IMG/VR virus record: IMGVR_UViG_3300035034_002798 | Location: 1-64,000 of that record | DNA: 64,000 bases | Strand: one strand, 5' to 3' | From: a virus | In this document: piece by piece, positions 29,512-39,387 of the stretch | Layout: every line of letters starts with the position of its first letter | Position numbering within the stretch: position 1 is the stretch's first letter | Made by a program: the position numbers and the translations under genes | Notes under the pieces: model-generated | The model's database searches: none | Seen by the model: the letters and a program-made list of their open reading frames with translations, nothing else | Told to the model about the DNA's origin: nothing

Positions 29512-29859
29512 CTAAATATCTATTTTTTCAACTGAATATCCTACTACTTTGGTTTCTTTATTGTCTGCTTGGTCTTTTAACATAAATAATCTGCCCTCGA
29601 TAACTAGTATGTTGCTCAACTTTATGTTTTCTTCGTTATCTTTATATATATCATTTGGCAGCATTACTGTTATTTCTCCGACACCGTCGTCTAAAATTAA
29701 AAAACAGGCGGCATCAGCGTTGTCTTCTTTTTCCTCGAAATTAAAAACATCTATCGAAGTAATCTCACCACCAACGGTGAGTGGAGAACCGTGCTCACCT
29801 TTTTTAAGCATTGGTGAGAACACGGTAACCCATTTGTTCAACTTATCAGTTATTGGCAT
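29512..29859 (-). CDS. stand-alone OB-fold protein resembling the DnaE C-terminal OB domain
   Basis: VGGEIT...FLILDDGVGEITV.L....Y...ILVIEG. Confidence 0.7.
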   Translation of the reverse strand: MPITDKLNKWVTVFSPMLKKGEHGSPLTVGGEITSIDVFNFEEKEDNADAACFLILDDGVGEITVMLPNDIYKDNEENIKLSNILVIEGRLFMLKDQADNKETKVVGYSVEKIDI

Positions 29860-29884
29860 ACAATCACCGCCTATTTAGTTTTTT

Positions 29885-30364
29885 TTAAAAAAAGATGTCT
29901 TTAGACTTGCTTCTAAGCTCGCTTTCAGTTACTATTCCCCTATCTAGCAGCACTTCTTGAACAGTAGCCGCAGTAATCATGCCTTCAAGTAGTTCCATGA
30001 GTACAAAAACAGGAACTTTTATTTTATCTGTGATATGAGCACCATTAACGGTTTCTAAAAGCTCTGCCAACCCAACATGTTCTAAATCGCCTAAGTCGCC
30101 CATATCACCCATGTTGATTCCTTCTTTTGCTGACTGGGCAATATTCTTTGCGAGGTCTTCTTTAAACTCTTCCTCACTCATCTGACGAATTTCAGCATTA
30201 GATAAATCGATTCCTAACTGTCGGGATAAAAAATCTTCTATCTCTTTTGGAGGTCTTTCTGGATCTCTTTCTTTTTTTCTGGATCTTTCTCTGCGGCTTT
30301 TACCTTCAAGATTCTTCATTTCTTTTTTAAACATATTAATAAAGTCCTCTCTATTCATTAACAA
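29885..30364 (-). CDS. hypothetical protein
   Basis: AGGAGGG SD. Confidence 0.6.
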   Translation of the reverse strand: MLMNREDFINMFKKEMKNLEGKSRRERSRKKERDPERPPKEIEDFLSRQLGIDLSNAEIRQMSEEEFKEDLAKNIAQSAKEGINMGDMGDLGDLEHVGLAELLETVNGAHITDKIKVPVFVLMELLEGMITAATVQEVLLDRGIVTESELRSKSKDIFF

Positions 30365-30726
30365 TCCCTCCTAGGATTAAAGTTTTGTGGCATTTTATCG
30401 CCTTTTTTAACATTGCAACTTTTACAAGAACAAACTAAATTAGTGGGATAATAACTACCACCCTTTGATTTAGGTACAACATGATCTATAGTAGCATTAT
30501 CTTCATTTAGTTCTTTTCCACAATACTGACAGATATAATCATCTCTTTCTAAGACCTCATGTCTTATCTCTATTTTTCTGTCAGTAGTCATAATTAAAAC
30601 TATTGAATTGTAATTATCTCCAAGCCATTCAGCATGTCTTTTATCGACTAACTTACTGGCTTTGTTTTTGGAGCACGGATATAATAAGTCACCCTTTTTA
30701 GAAATAACGTGTACCTCTTCACCCAT
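30358..30726 (-). CDS. PLMP(RRXRR)-HNH endonuclease, IshB-like architecture
   Basis: VHVISKKGDLLYPC...A.KLV....A; intact HNH: RD.YICQYCG, TIDHVVPKSKGG, NLVCSC..CN..KG; no RuvC segments. Confidence 0.8.
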   Translation of the reverse strand: MGEEVHVISKKGDLLYPCSKNKASKLVDKRHAEWLGDNYNSIVLIMTTDRKIEIRHEVLERDDYICQYCGKELNEDNATIDHVVPKSKGGSYYPTNLVCSCKSCNVKKGDKMPQNFNPRRDC

Positions 30727-30776
30727 AATGACACCTCTAAGTTCAAATTTGTATTACGATTTTGAATACTAATTTA

Positions 30777-30805
30777 AGTATATCAGTTTCATTTATGAAT
30801 TTCAA
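30777..30805 (-). promoter_or_regulatory. sigmaA-type promoter for the PLMP-HNH/dnaE operon
   Basis: TTGAAA-17-TATACT with TG extension; GTAATAC motif at 30751-30757. Confidence 0.7.
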
Positions 30806-30829
30806 GGGTGAAATACGATTAATTTTAAT

Positions 30830-31063
30830 TTAATCATGTTGTGCTACCCAAAAACCGAAAAAGATGTATACAACTATGAATAAAGCAGTAAGCGGAAGAG
30901 GTACAACCAAAAAGATTACTGCCAGTAAAGGTATAAGCCAAATAGCGTATCTTAAAAGTTCTAATATCTTATTTAATACTTTTAATTCCCATGTCTCACC
31001 CCTTTCATCTAGTTTCTTTCGTCTTTTTTCTTTCCAGTTAAGATGCTCTTTGTCTTCGCCCAT
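30830..31063 (-). CDS. small membrane protein
   Basis: Two C-terminal TM segments; start moved to MGEDKE. Confidence 0.6.
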   Translation of the reverse strand: MGEDKEHLNWKEKRRKKLDERGETWELKVLNKILELLRYAIWLIPLLAVIFLVVPLPLTALFIVVYIFFGFWVAQHD

Positions 31064-31685
31064 GATTTTTGCTCCCTTCATCAAGTGCCTTGTTGGCCAA
31101 CATATCAGCATAGGCATTACTTTCTCTTGATATATATTTAACATCTATAAAAGAAAATCGCTCTATGAGGGATCTTGCTTCATCCCTAAGAGCGACCAGT
31201 TCTGGCTTACTTGCCTTGTATATCATTTTAAGTTGATTAACAATCGGTTTATAATCAGAGAAGACGGTTACCTTCCTCTTTCTGTAACCGTCTCTTAATA
31301 GCCTTCTCAGGCTTGCAATAAGGGCCTTGTATTCTGCCACAACAGAAGTTGTTGAATCGATTCTCTTATAGTCTTCGAAAACAAGTTTATTGCTGTCATA
31401 TATAGCAAACGCAATTGAGGACTTGTTTTCCTTCTTATTATTGTGGCTGTTTCTAGATGCCCCATCGACATAAGCATAAACTTTTTCTTTTTTGTGGGAC
31501 ATCTTGGAGTTGGAAGTAATTCGACTAAACATCTTTTCTGTATCTTTACCTTCTTCTTCAAGCCTCTTTTTTATATCATTAATTTCTTTTAATATGGCTT
31601 TTGCTTTTCTAGGGTTAGTTGAACGATAAAGATAAAGCCTATCGAAAAGATATTCTACGAAATCTACTGTTGTTTCTTCATTCAT
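31038..31685 (-). CDS. ribonuclease HI family protein with N-terminal extension
   Basis: YVDGASR, AEYKAL, FSD, RE.N..AD.LAN. Confidence 0.85.
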   Translation of the reverse strand: MNEETTVDFVEYLFDRLYLYRSTNPRKAKAILKEINDIKKRLEEEGKDTEKMFSRITSNSKMSHKKEKVYAYVDGASRNSHNNKKENKSSIAFAIYDSNKLVFEDYKRIDSTTSVVAEYKALIASLRRLLRDGYRKRKVTVFSDYKPIVNQLKMIYKASKPELVALRDEARSLIERFSFIDVKYISRESNAYADMLANKALDEGSKNHGRRQRAS

Positions 31686-31693
31686 GTCTATTC

Positions 31694-32281
31694 TCAAAAA
31701 AGATCCTCCTCCTTCTCCCAAATATCATATATATCATCTATACTGTAATCTCCACTTACTCTTATACCAGAATCAACATACTTCATTTCAAATTCCATCT
31801 CTGTTCTTTCTCTCTGGTATTCGTTCTCGTGATAAGCGTCTCTTGTTGGGTCCTTCCTTACAAGTTTGGCAACAGTACCCCTTCTGGTCAGAGTAAATCT
31901 TTTATTGCTCCACTCTTCTTCAAACTTATTTTTTAAGAATCTCTTGTCGTTTCTCAAACAGGTAGGGCATACTGTTATTGCCTTACTACGCCTGCTTGCA
32001 CCGCGTCTTTTATAATCTCCATACTCATCTATTAAGGTTTGCCCACATCTAGCACATATTCTTAACTTTAAATCGGGATCTCCTTCCTCATCAGTATGTT
32101 TTTCTCGCCAATCTGGATCGATTTCATCATAATTATCTGCATTATCTATATACCATCTATCATTTTCTTTTACTATTTCTGGCATATCAACCTTCGGTAT
32201 TTGCTTAACATCTCTCATATACTTTAAAATGAGTTCATTGCTTTCAACTTCTTCTGTTTCTTCTTGAGTTTCTAATTTCAT
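31694..32281 (-). CDS. hypothetical zinc-binding protein
   Basis: CARCG...CPTC. Confidence 0.55.
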   Translation of the reverse strand: MKLETQEETEEVESNELILKYMRDVKQIPKVDMPEIVKENDRWYIDNADNYDEIDPDWREKHTDEEGDPDLKLRICARCGQTLIDEYGDYKRRGASRRSKAITVCPTCLRNDKRFLKNKFEEEWSNKRFTLTRRGTVAKLVRKDPTRDAYHENEYQRERTEMEFEMKYVDSGIRVSGDYSIDDIYDIWEKEEDLF

Positions 32282-32295
32282 TTTTTACCCCTCCA

Positions 32296-34047
32296 TTACA
32301 TATTAGCTGCTTTTTTGGTCAACTCATCTAATACTCTATTTTGTTCACCGGTGTTTTCTATTATAGATTCTGAAAGTGTCCTCTTATTTTCAATAGTTTC
32401 CATCATTCTTTCATCTATCATATTCTTACAAATGATATTGAACACATTAACAGTATCGTATTTACTTCCTAAACGCTGAATACGACCTACTCTCTGATCA
32501 ATTGTGCTTGGATTCCAGGTAAGGTCATAATTTATTAATGCTTTAGAGAACTGAAGGTTCAAACCTTCCGCACCTGCGTCCGACATTACTATTACACCGC
32601 AGAAAGGGTCATTCTCAAACTGAGTTACGGCCTCATCTCTCTGCTTTGAGCTTTTAGCTCCAAATAGTGTCGCACATCTTGTCATCTCAGATAATTCTCT
32701 TTCTATTATCTTAACCATTCGCGCAAACTGACTGAAGATGATAACTTTGTAGTCCATTTCGATAAATTCTTTCACAATACGCTTAAGCTCAATTAATTTA
32801 GGCGATTTAGTATCTGTTATTTCGTAATTATTTCTAACCGCCTCGCTGTGACTCATATTAAATAATTCAGGGCCATCAGAAGCTCCAATTGCTAAAGCAT
32901 TTTTACCCTGCAGCGCTCCTTCAAGGGTGTCTATAGTTTCCTGAATTTCTGATCCTTTATTCTTTACCTTCTTAAGTTTCTTTAACCGTTCTGACAGGTC
33001 ATCTTGTTCTTCCTGTATTTGCTTATACAGCCTTTTCTGTAGTGGAGTGGGGTCAACATATACATTAGTCATAGGAGCGTCTGGAAGTTGTCCTTTAACA
33101 TCCTCAAGCTTTCTTCTAAGCATTAAAGGTGCGACTTTCTGGTTTAACTCCTCAAAGTTTATATACCCCTGTAATATCGGGTACCCTTGACTATAATCCT
33201 CTACTATATATTCCTTTTTAAATGTACTGTAGGGGCCAAAAAAGTCTTTATCTATAAACTCTATAATAGAATAAAGCTCATCTGGCTTATTTTGTACGGG
33301 TGTACCAGTTAAGGCAAATTTATACTTACTTTTTAGTTTCTTTATTTTCTTAGTTCTCTTTGATGACCTGGATTTTATATAGTGGGCCTCATCTAAAGTT
33401 ATTAAATCGGCTTTCAGCCCTTTTATTAAGTCGAAGTCATAATATAGAAGCGAATAGTTTAAGACAGTTATAAAAGAGTCTTTAGCTTTCTTATATAACT
33501 TTTTTCGCTGTGACTTAGTTCCGTCTATTACGGTTACTAAATCTTTATCTATATGCTCTTCCTCGAGGAACTTATGTGCCTCATTACCCCACTGCTTTTT
33601 GAGTGAGCTCGGGCAGACTACAAGCATTTTCTCTATCTCACCCCTGTTGTATAACTCTAAGGCGGCAAATAAGGCCTCTGGTGTCTTACCCAGCCCCATA
33701 TCATCAGCAAGTAAGGCATTCTTTTTTTCAACTAAAAATGAAATACCTACTTTTTGAAACGGATAAGGGTCAAGTTTTTTACCTTCTATATCTCCTACTA
33801 ATGTTAAGTCTTCGTGTGTTGGAAGATCAGGCTCAACTCCTTTGATTACATAAGGCGGAGTAAGCCAAGCCAAGCTCTCAGGGAACATATGCTCAAGCAA
33901 ATGAACCTGTTCGCGCGGGATAGACCAATATTTATCCTCGGGATTAAAAGATGCACCCGGGATAGACTTAATGAGGTCTATTTTCTCCCTGCTCCACTTA
34001 AAATTTAGTTTCAGTCTATTATTTGTTAGTAATTTAATTCCTATCAA
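32296..34047 (-). CDS. SNF2-family helicase with HARP-like N-terminus
   Basis: ADDMGLGKT, DEAH, LTGTPVQN, GAEGLNLQ, WNP...QRVGRIQR. Confidence 0.92.
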   Translation of the reverse strand: MIGIKLLTNNRLKLNFKWSREKIDLIKSIPGASFNPEDKYWSIPREQVHLLEHMFPESLAWLTPPYVIKGVEPDLPTHEDLTLVGDIEGKKLDPYPFQKVGISFLVEKKNALLADDMGLGKTPEALFAALELYNRGEIEKMLVVCPSSLKKQWGNEAHKFLEEEHIDKDLVTVIDGTKSQRKKLYKKAKDSFITVLNYSLLYYDFDLIKGLKADLITLDEAHYIKSRSSKRTKKIKKLKSKYKFALTGTPVQNKPDELYSIIEFIDKDFFGPYSTFKKEYIVEDYSQGYPILQGYINFEELNQKVAPLMLRRKLEDVKGQLPDAPMTNVYVDPTPLQKRLYKQIQEEQDDLSERLKKLKKVKNKGSEIQETIDTLEGALQGKNALAIGASDGPELFNMSHSEAVRNNYEITDTKSPKLIELKRIVKEFIEMDYKVIIFSQFARMVKIIERELSEMTRCATLFGAKSSKQRDEAVTQFENDPFCGVIVMSDAGAEGLNLQFSKALINYDLTWNPSTIDQRVGRIQRLGSKYDTVNVFNIICKNMIDERMMETIENKRTLSESIIENTGEQNRVLDELTKKAANM

Positions 34048-34130
34048 GTTAAGATATCACCTCTTCTTTTTTATTTCTGGAAAGACAAACTATAATATCG
34101 TCAATGTCAAACTGTCTCATATACACCTCC

Positions 34131-34337
34131 TTATAAATCGGCTGGTTTTCCTATGCCTTCGTAGTTATAGTTACCCTTCATAACCTCTTCTAACTCTTTT
34201 CGGCGGGCCTTGTCATAATCTGGGTGATTCTTTTCTACTTCTTTACAGCCCATACATATAAGTTCTTTATTAAACATACTCATTGTATGAGCTGTTATTT
34301 CTTTGCCACACCTTTGACAATTTTCTACTATATCCAT
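34131..34337 (-). CDS. small zinc-binding protein
   Basis: CQRCG...MSMFN...ICMGC...GNYNYEGIG. Confidence 0.65.
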   Translation of the reverse strand: MDIVENCQRCGKEITAHTMSMFNKELICMGCKEVEKNHPDYDKARRKELEEVMKGNYNYEGIGKPADL

Positions 34338-34408
34338 TTACATATCCTCCTCGTACCACTCGAATTCTTCAACTTGTTATCACAATAATTTGGCATTTTA
34401 TCAGCTCC

Positions 34409-35017
34409 CTATTCTCTAAAGTGTGGTTTAATACATATATATCCTTCTGGCGGTTTTTCGGTAGTTACGTGAACACGAGATCCAGCCCAAGAACTAATGA
34501 AATACTCATCTGTTGCATTGCGAGACCTATAGTCTCCGCTACCAAGACCAATCCCTACTCCATTTAGTATTGGTAATGGATGGACTTTCCAACGTTCTCC
34601 ATTAGATTCAATTAAGTTTTTATCAATATATTCCCTGTCAGTAACATTAACTATATAACGATGTTCTTTTGAAGTTTCATCGTTGAACCAACCCTTATTA
34701 AAATCTGGATGTGTATAAAACTCAGAAGCTATCAAATAAGGTGGTTTATCCTCCATACTTTGAAATTCACTTTCAGTAAATAACGGTTCTCCCATACAAT
34801 TTTCTATGATATTTTCGTATTCTGGTGGCAACTCGTAGTAATCACCAAACCAGATAACTCTATCATTCTTCCAGGATTTCTCATACTTTCCCGATAAAAG
34901 AGACTCGACTTTATTCATAGTCCTGTTGTAGATATAGGCATGCTCCATCAACTTAACTCCATTCGGCCTCACAAATTCTTTTCTATCAATATTTACTATA
35001 AGATAATACTGTCCCAT
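34409..35017 (-). CDS. hypothetical phage protein
   Basis: MGQYY..VN.D.KE pattern repeated internally (YIVNVTDREYI). Confidence 0.65.
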   Translation of the reverse strand: MGQYYLIVNIDRKEFVRPNGVKLMEHAYIYNRTMNKVESLLSGKYEKSWKNDRVIWFGDYYELPPEYENIIENCMGEPLFTESEFQSMEDKPPYLIASEFYTHPDFNKGWFNDETSKEHRYIVNVTDREYIDKNLIESNGERWKVHPLPILNGVGIGLGSGDYRSRNATDEYFISSWAGSRVHVTTEKPPEGYICIKPHFRE

Positions 35018-35029
35018 AATCTTCCTCCT

Positions 35030-35338
35030 TTAATTTAAATAACAGGCTAAAAATTTAGCTGCATTCTTAAGACTAGCCTCATCTGCCTCATTAAAAGTTG
35101 CATATTCTAAAACATCTCCATTCTCGTGATAATATGCTATTGTCTGATGATCTTCTGGTGAATCTAAGGTAAAATCTTCTAATATTCTATATCCATAATA
35201 ATCACTGAATTCGCCATAAGATTGAGTTTCAACAAGCCATAGTTTATCTTTATTAGCTTCAAGTTCTTCTAACCTATCTATCATCTGATTATGGAGTCTA
35301 TGCATTTTAAGCTCCCTTCTTGTCTTTAAAATTTCCAA
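35030..35338 (-). CDS. hypothetical protein (likely start MHRLH)
   Basis: ORF in operon. Confidence 0.5.
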   Translation of the reverse strand: MEILKTRRELKMHRLHNQMIDRLEELEANKDKLWLVETQSYGEFSDYYGYRILEDFTLDSPEDHQTIAYYHENGDVLEYATFNEADEASLKNAAKFLACYLN

Positions 35339-35534
35339 AAAGACTCAACTGTACTGGATCATCTTCATAGAAGTGTTCATCTATACTCTCATCTATAATT
35401 TCGTGATAACCAAGCTCCTCAAGTCTGCCGTTAACAAGTGAAGTCAATTCGTTAATGTCATCCTTAGTAGGGATTAACCCCTTATTAAGGCACATTTCAC
35501 TAATATCAAGTTTTATCATCTTCATAAATAACAA
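35307..35534 (-). CDS. hypothetical protein
   Basis: C-terminal QLSLF resembles a beta-clamp-binding motif. Confidence 0.5.
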   Translation of the reverse strand: MLFMKMIKLDISEMCLNKGLIPTKDDINELTSLVNGRLEELGYHEIIDESIDEHFYEDDPVQLSLFGNFKDKKGA

Positions 35535-35551
35535 CCCCTTTTTAGACTTTT

Positions 35552-35755
35552 TTATCTATGGTATCCTTCCTGTTTAAGATAAGCTATCAACTCGTCTTTT
35601 TCTTCAAATATAAGCATATTAATCTCTGGTCCAACCTCAACTCCAATATATTTGTTGTCAATTTCCCAAATAATGATTGTGTGCCCTAAAGCCCTGCTTT
35701 TAAATAAGAAATTCTTATCCTTGTAAAAATCCTTATCAAAATCTATAGAAATCAA
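35552..35755 (-). CDS. hypothetical protein
   Basis: ORF in operon. Confidence 0.5.
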   Translation of the reverse strand: MISIDFDKDFYKDKNFLFKSRALGHTIIIWEIDNKYIGVEVGPEINMLIFEEKDELIAYLKQEGYHR

Positions 35756-36033
35756 ATAGCTTCCTCCTTTCTTTTTTCATTTCTCTCTTTCCGTATCTCC
35801 TCAACAGTCTTATCTGGATATTTATTAGATATCTTATCCAGAACATTCTCAAGGTACTCTACATCGCGCTCCATAGACTTAACTGTTTCATCTATTTCAC
35901 ACCATTCGTCAAATTCGAGTAAACCAAGGCCAGACGCAAATGATAGCCCCTCATTAAAAGAGTTAAGTTTTTCTGTAATTTCACCTAACTCTTCTTTGAA
36001 CTGTCTTGATATTTCTACTGGACCTGCAGCCAT
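35752..36033 (-). CDS. hypothetical protein
   Basis: AAGGAGG SD. Confidence 0.6.
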   Translation of the reverse strand: MAAGPVEISRQFKEELGEITEKLNSFNEGLSFASGLGLLEFDEWCEIDETVKSMERDVEYLENVLDKISNKYPDKTVEEIRKERNEKRKEEAI

Positions 36034-36077
36034 ATTGTTACCTCCTTATAATAAAATTAATTGGAACAATTTATATA

Positions 36078-36141
36078 ACCCACACGATTAAGGGGCGTCA
36101 AGTGGTTTTCTTGACGTCCCGCGATGAAGTGTGGTAGAACT
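36078..36141 (+). promoter_or_regulatory. dispersed hairpin element H4
   Basis: GGGGCGTCAA-gtggttttc-TTGACGTCCC, CCACAC/GTGTGG; TTGACG-18-TAGAAC(T). Confidence 0.65.
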
Positions 36142-36962
36142 TATTCTAAAAAAGGTAATGCTTGTTCACCATATAATAGAGCATTCTTAACACGCTCATT
36201 TATAATCTCTTCCGCCATATCAACAATAACGCCTCTTATGCTTGTATATTCACCTATAAGAAGCTCGTTACATCTTAAAAGAGAAGGATCTTCTAACTCG
36301 TTTTCCTTGATGACCTGATAAAGATTTTCGTGAGTTATGGCATTCTGTGCCTCATTCCAGGAGGCATCTCTAACAGCATCTTCATCTTTTGCAAGATCAC
36401 CATCTTCTAAGTCTTCTCTTATGATGTTGACAACCTTATCAACAAGCTGGTTTGTCAGATTCTTATACTTATCAATACCTGTTATAACCCATTCAAAGTC
36501 TTCTCTTATGGATATTTCAATCTTGGCATTGCCGGCATAAACTATATACATATCTTTTTCTACTGACTCTATGCTTACTGATGTTATCTCTTCAAGATCA
36601 GCTGTTAACTGCTCGTTATCTACAACATCACCATCTTTATAGTTATCAACCACATAATCAAAAATACTTTCATGAAACTTAACATCGTCTGATACTAAGA
36701 TATCATCACTCCCTTTCGTTTTCTCTATCTCTTCAATCATCGTCCCACTTCCTTCTTCAGAAGATATAAGCAGTGCAACATTAGCAAATTTCATAGAATA
36801 AGTAGTTTTAATTGCAGTACTTAATATAACGTTGGTCTCTATCTCAAGGCCTGAACGTTCAAGTTTGTTCTTAAGCTCGAAATCATTTATATAATCACCA
36901 ACACTGTATTCGGAATCAATATAGTCGTACACATCATCATAAAGTTTTTCATCTTTTTCCAT
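36141..36962 (-). CDS. acidic hypothetical protein with internal duplication
   Basis: KLYDDVYDYI...Y..GD and KFHESIFDYV...YKDGD repeats. Confidence 0.6.
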   Translation of the reverse strand: MEKDEKLYDDVYDYIDSEYSVGDYINDFELKNKLERSGLEIETNVILSTAIKTTYSMKFANVALLISSEEGSGTMIEEIEKTKGSDDILVSDDVKFHESIFDYVVDNYKDGDVVDNEQLTADLEEITSVSIESVEKDMYIVYAGNAKIEISIREDFEWVITGIDKYKNLTNQLVDKVVNIIREDLEDGDLAKDEDAVRDASWNEAQNAITHENLYQVIKENELEDPSLLRCNELLIGEYTSIRGVIVDMAEEIINERVKNALLYGEQALPFLE

Positions 36963-37336
36963 TATTTCTCCTCCTCTGCTGGGGTCATATACCCCTCTTT
37001 AAGTAAAATCTGACCTCGTTCTACTCCTTCAACCTCTCGCCCCGAAGGTCCACTGTCCATCCAACTTAATAGAATACTTACAGTATCCTTCTTTTTGGGA
37101 TAGGCGCTACAGATATTATCTATTAATTCTTCTAATTCTTTATCATCCATCACTATTTTTCTAGGATCAACATCCACCTTACCTTCTGGATAGTCATTAT
37201 CTTCTCTATAAAACTTAAGTATCTTATTAAAAAGAGAAATTAATACTTTAGCACTAAAATCTCTTGGATCTTCTGTAATTTCTATCCCTTCGGATAATTC
37301 TTCGAAACTATAACTTTGAATAGACTTATCAACCAT
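36962..37336 (-). CDS. hypothetical protein
   Basis: AAGGAGG SD. Confidence 0.6.
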   Translation of the reverse strand: MVDKSIQSYSFEELSEGIEITEDPRDFSAKVLISLFNKILKFYREDNDYPEGKVDVDPRKIVMDDKELEELIDNICSAYPKKKDTVSILLSWMDSGPSGREVEGVERGQILLKEGYMTPAEEEK

Positions 37337-37347
37337 AAGATACCTCC

Positions 37348-37539
37348 TTATATGTCCTTTAATTCTAAAAATCTAATTATAACTGCTCTCTGGTACTTAT
37401 CGATAACACCTTTACTGACTAAGGACTGGAGTTCTTCTCTACATTGATATTTACTTACTGGTTCTGCAAAGTATGAACCATAATGATAACCGACAAACAT
37501 ACAGAGAGCGCCAAAGGCAATGAAAAATAATACGATCAT
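37348..37539 (-). CDS. small membrane-anchored protein
   Basis: N-terminal TM segment. Confidence 0.55.
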   Translation of the reverse strand: MIVLFFIAFGALCMFVGYHYGSYFAEPVSKYQCREELQSLVSKGVIDKYQRAVIIRFLELKDI

Positions 37540-37550
37540 AATAACACTCC

Positions 37551-38465
37551 CTAACTTGCTTTCTTGCTGTTGATTGCCTTATAGGTTGTGTACTTAGACT
37601 TACCGATTTTGTATCCCTTTTCTCTTAAGTCGCCTTTATTACCATATTTACTGTTTCTTTTATAATATGTTTCATATTCTAGTTTATCTTCATTTAATTC
37701 CCACCAGCCTTTGATAATGTTAATAGCTTTAGGGGAATAATAAGTCATTTGACCTATGTTGTCGCCACCAAATACTATCTTTACATATTCATCTTCATAG
37801 GGTGCCGACTCATCGCTTCTAATTCCTATATGCTTGGTAACTTTACCGATAAGTGCTGAGTGCAGTCTGTCATTTGATGATGTTAAGTTTAACTTTAAAG
37901 CTATCTTAGCAGCATTCAGATAACCTTCTGGTACTTTTTTAGAGGTAATATCATCAACTTTATTATTGATATCTGCTATCTGTTTTTGCTGACGCTGTTG
38001 TTCCTTTTTTATTTCCATCTGTCTTTTTATATTATTTTCCATATTATCCAAGACATCTCTCATTAGATCTATTCTTGCCAGCCCAGAATTTCTTATGCTT
38101 ACAAAACCAGTTCTTCTCAATTCTTTGATCACATTTCTCACGAATCGCCTAAATTCCTTGGCCTTTGGTTGACTTGAATTAATAGTTACCTCAATTACTC
38201 CATCCTCAGTGAAGACCCTGGTATCTTGGGTGCCTCCACTAGGGGTAGTCAAAGCGACTACCCCTGAATATTCTTCTTTTTTTAAATAAGGATTTCTTTT
38301 TAATATCTTACTTATTGACTGAACCGGGTTTGCATATTCTAAAACCTCACCTAACTGTTTTGTTGTCATAAAAATATCATCTGAATTATCATTTTTATAG
38401 AAATCACACTCTATACCGGCAAACTTTTCTTCGCGTACCTTCTGTAAATCTATAACTTCTCCCAT
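37551..38465 (-). CDS. Bro-N domain antirepressor-like protein
   Basis: QLGEVLEYANP, TPSGGTQ..VFTEDG, SQPKAKEFRRFV..VI..LRRTG. Confidence 0.85.
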   Translation of the reverse strand: MGEVIDLQKVREEKFAGIECDFYKNDNSDDIFMTTKQLGEVLEYANPVQSISKILKRNPYLKKEEYSGVVALTTPSGGTQDTRVFTEDGVIEVTINSSQPKAKEFRRFVRNVIKELRRTGFVSIRNSGLARIDLMRDVLDNMENNIKRQMEIKKEQQRQQKQIADINNKVDDITSKKVPEGYLNAAKIALKLNLTSSNDRLHSALIGKVTKHIGIRSDESAPYEDEYVKIVFGGDNIGQMTYYSPKAINIIKGWWELNEDKLEYETYYKRNSKYGNKGDLREKGYKIGKSKYTTYKAINSKKAS

Positions 38466-38660
38466 TTATAATTCCTCCTCAGTATTTTCCGACCAACAGA
38501 TACAATTGCTATTAGATTTAGTACTCATCAAACCGCTCCAGCACCATTCATCAATCTTTCTATCTAGATTGGCACCAAAGGAATCACAGTTTTTACATAT
38601 TCTCTTCGTTTTCATCATCTTGATCATCCTCACTCCTGGCTTCTGCTTTGCCGAGTTCAT
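38466..38660 (-). CDS. small Cys-rich protein
   Basis: CKNC...C...C.CW. Confidence 0.5.
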   Translation of the reverse strand: MNSAKQKPGVRMIKMMKTKRICKNCDSFGANLDRKIDEWCWSGLMSTKSNSNCICWSENTEEEL

Positions 38661-38826
38661 ACATCTTTTCTAAAAGTTCCATTGATTTATCATATATATC
38701 AGAATAGGCTAAATAGTCTATATCACCTACGGAATTAAGTCCGTGCAGGTAATAATCTCCCATATCTGCTTTAATCTTTTCATTTTCTGGTGCCTTACTG
38801 CTTATTCCCAGCCTCCCATAATACAC
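38593..38826 (-). CDS. hypothetical protein
   Basis: AGGAGG SD. Confidence 0.5.
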   Translation of the reverse strand: MYYGRLGISSKAPENEKIKADMGDYYLHGLNSVGDIDYLAYSDIYDKSMELLEKMYELGKAEARSEDDQDDENEENM

Positions 38827-38831
38827 ACCTC

Positions 38832-39110
38832 CTATTTGTCGTTATCTCCAAAATATTCAAGAATATTAAGCGGCGGATAAGATGGTAAAGGATTGTCAGT
38901 TAAAACTTTATTAGTGTCAGGATCGAATTCATATATTCTACGACACTTATTATTAGTACACTGAGCATAAATCTGAATTGTCCTACCTACATACTTTCTA
39001 CGACGCGGTGTCTCCTCTGGTTCACCATTATTTTTTACATCAAATTCAAGCATCTCATCAATGTGTTCATATACTCTCAAGTCTGAACAACATACAGGAC
39101 ATTCCAACAT
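38832..39110 (-). CDS. zinc-ribbon protein
   Basis: CPVC...CTNNKC. Confidence 0.55.
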   Translation of the reverse strand: MLECPVCCSDLRVYEHIDEMLEFDVKNNGEPEETPRRRKYVGRTIQIYAQCTNNKCRRIYEFDPDTNKVLTDNPLPSYPPLNILEYFGDNDK

Positions 39111-39114
39111 ATTA

Positions 39115-39373
39115 TTACCCCCTTATAGACATACTGCCCGTTATTCTAACGAGTTCTTCTTCTGAAATGTGATCTACCATACTAACAAAGTCTTTCATAT
39201 TGGCCATTACTGGGTAAAACTTTTCTTCTCCAGTGCTTTCTTTTTTTTGCCTTAACGCATAATTCTCCATCAATAGACATATATAGAACTGTTCCGTTCA
39301 ACTCGACACTGTTTTTTAGCTGTCTCCTACTTAAATATTTAAAAACGATACTAGCTTTTTGAAGTTTAGTCAC
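39115..39373 (-). pseudogene. hypothetical gene interrupted by a frameshift in an A-run
   Basis: Removing one A near 39241-39248 gives an 85-aa ORF ending at TAA 39115-39117 next to the following SD. Confidence 0.5.
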
Positions 39374-39387
39374 TTCTGCCTCCTAAT

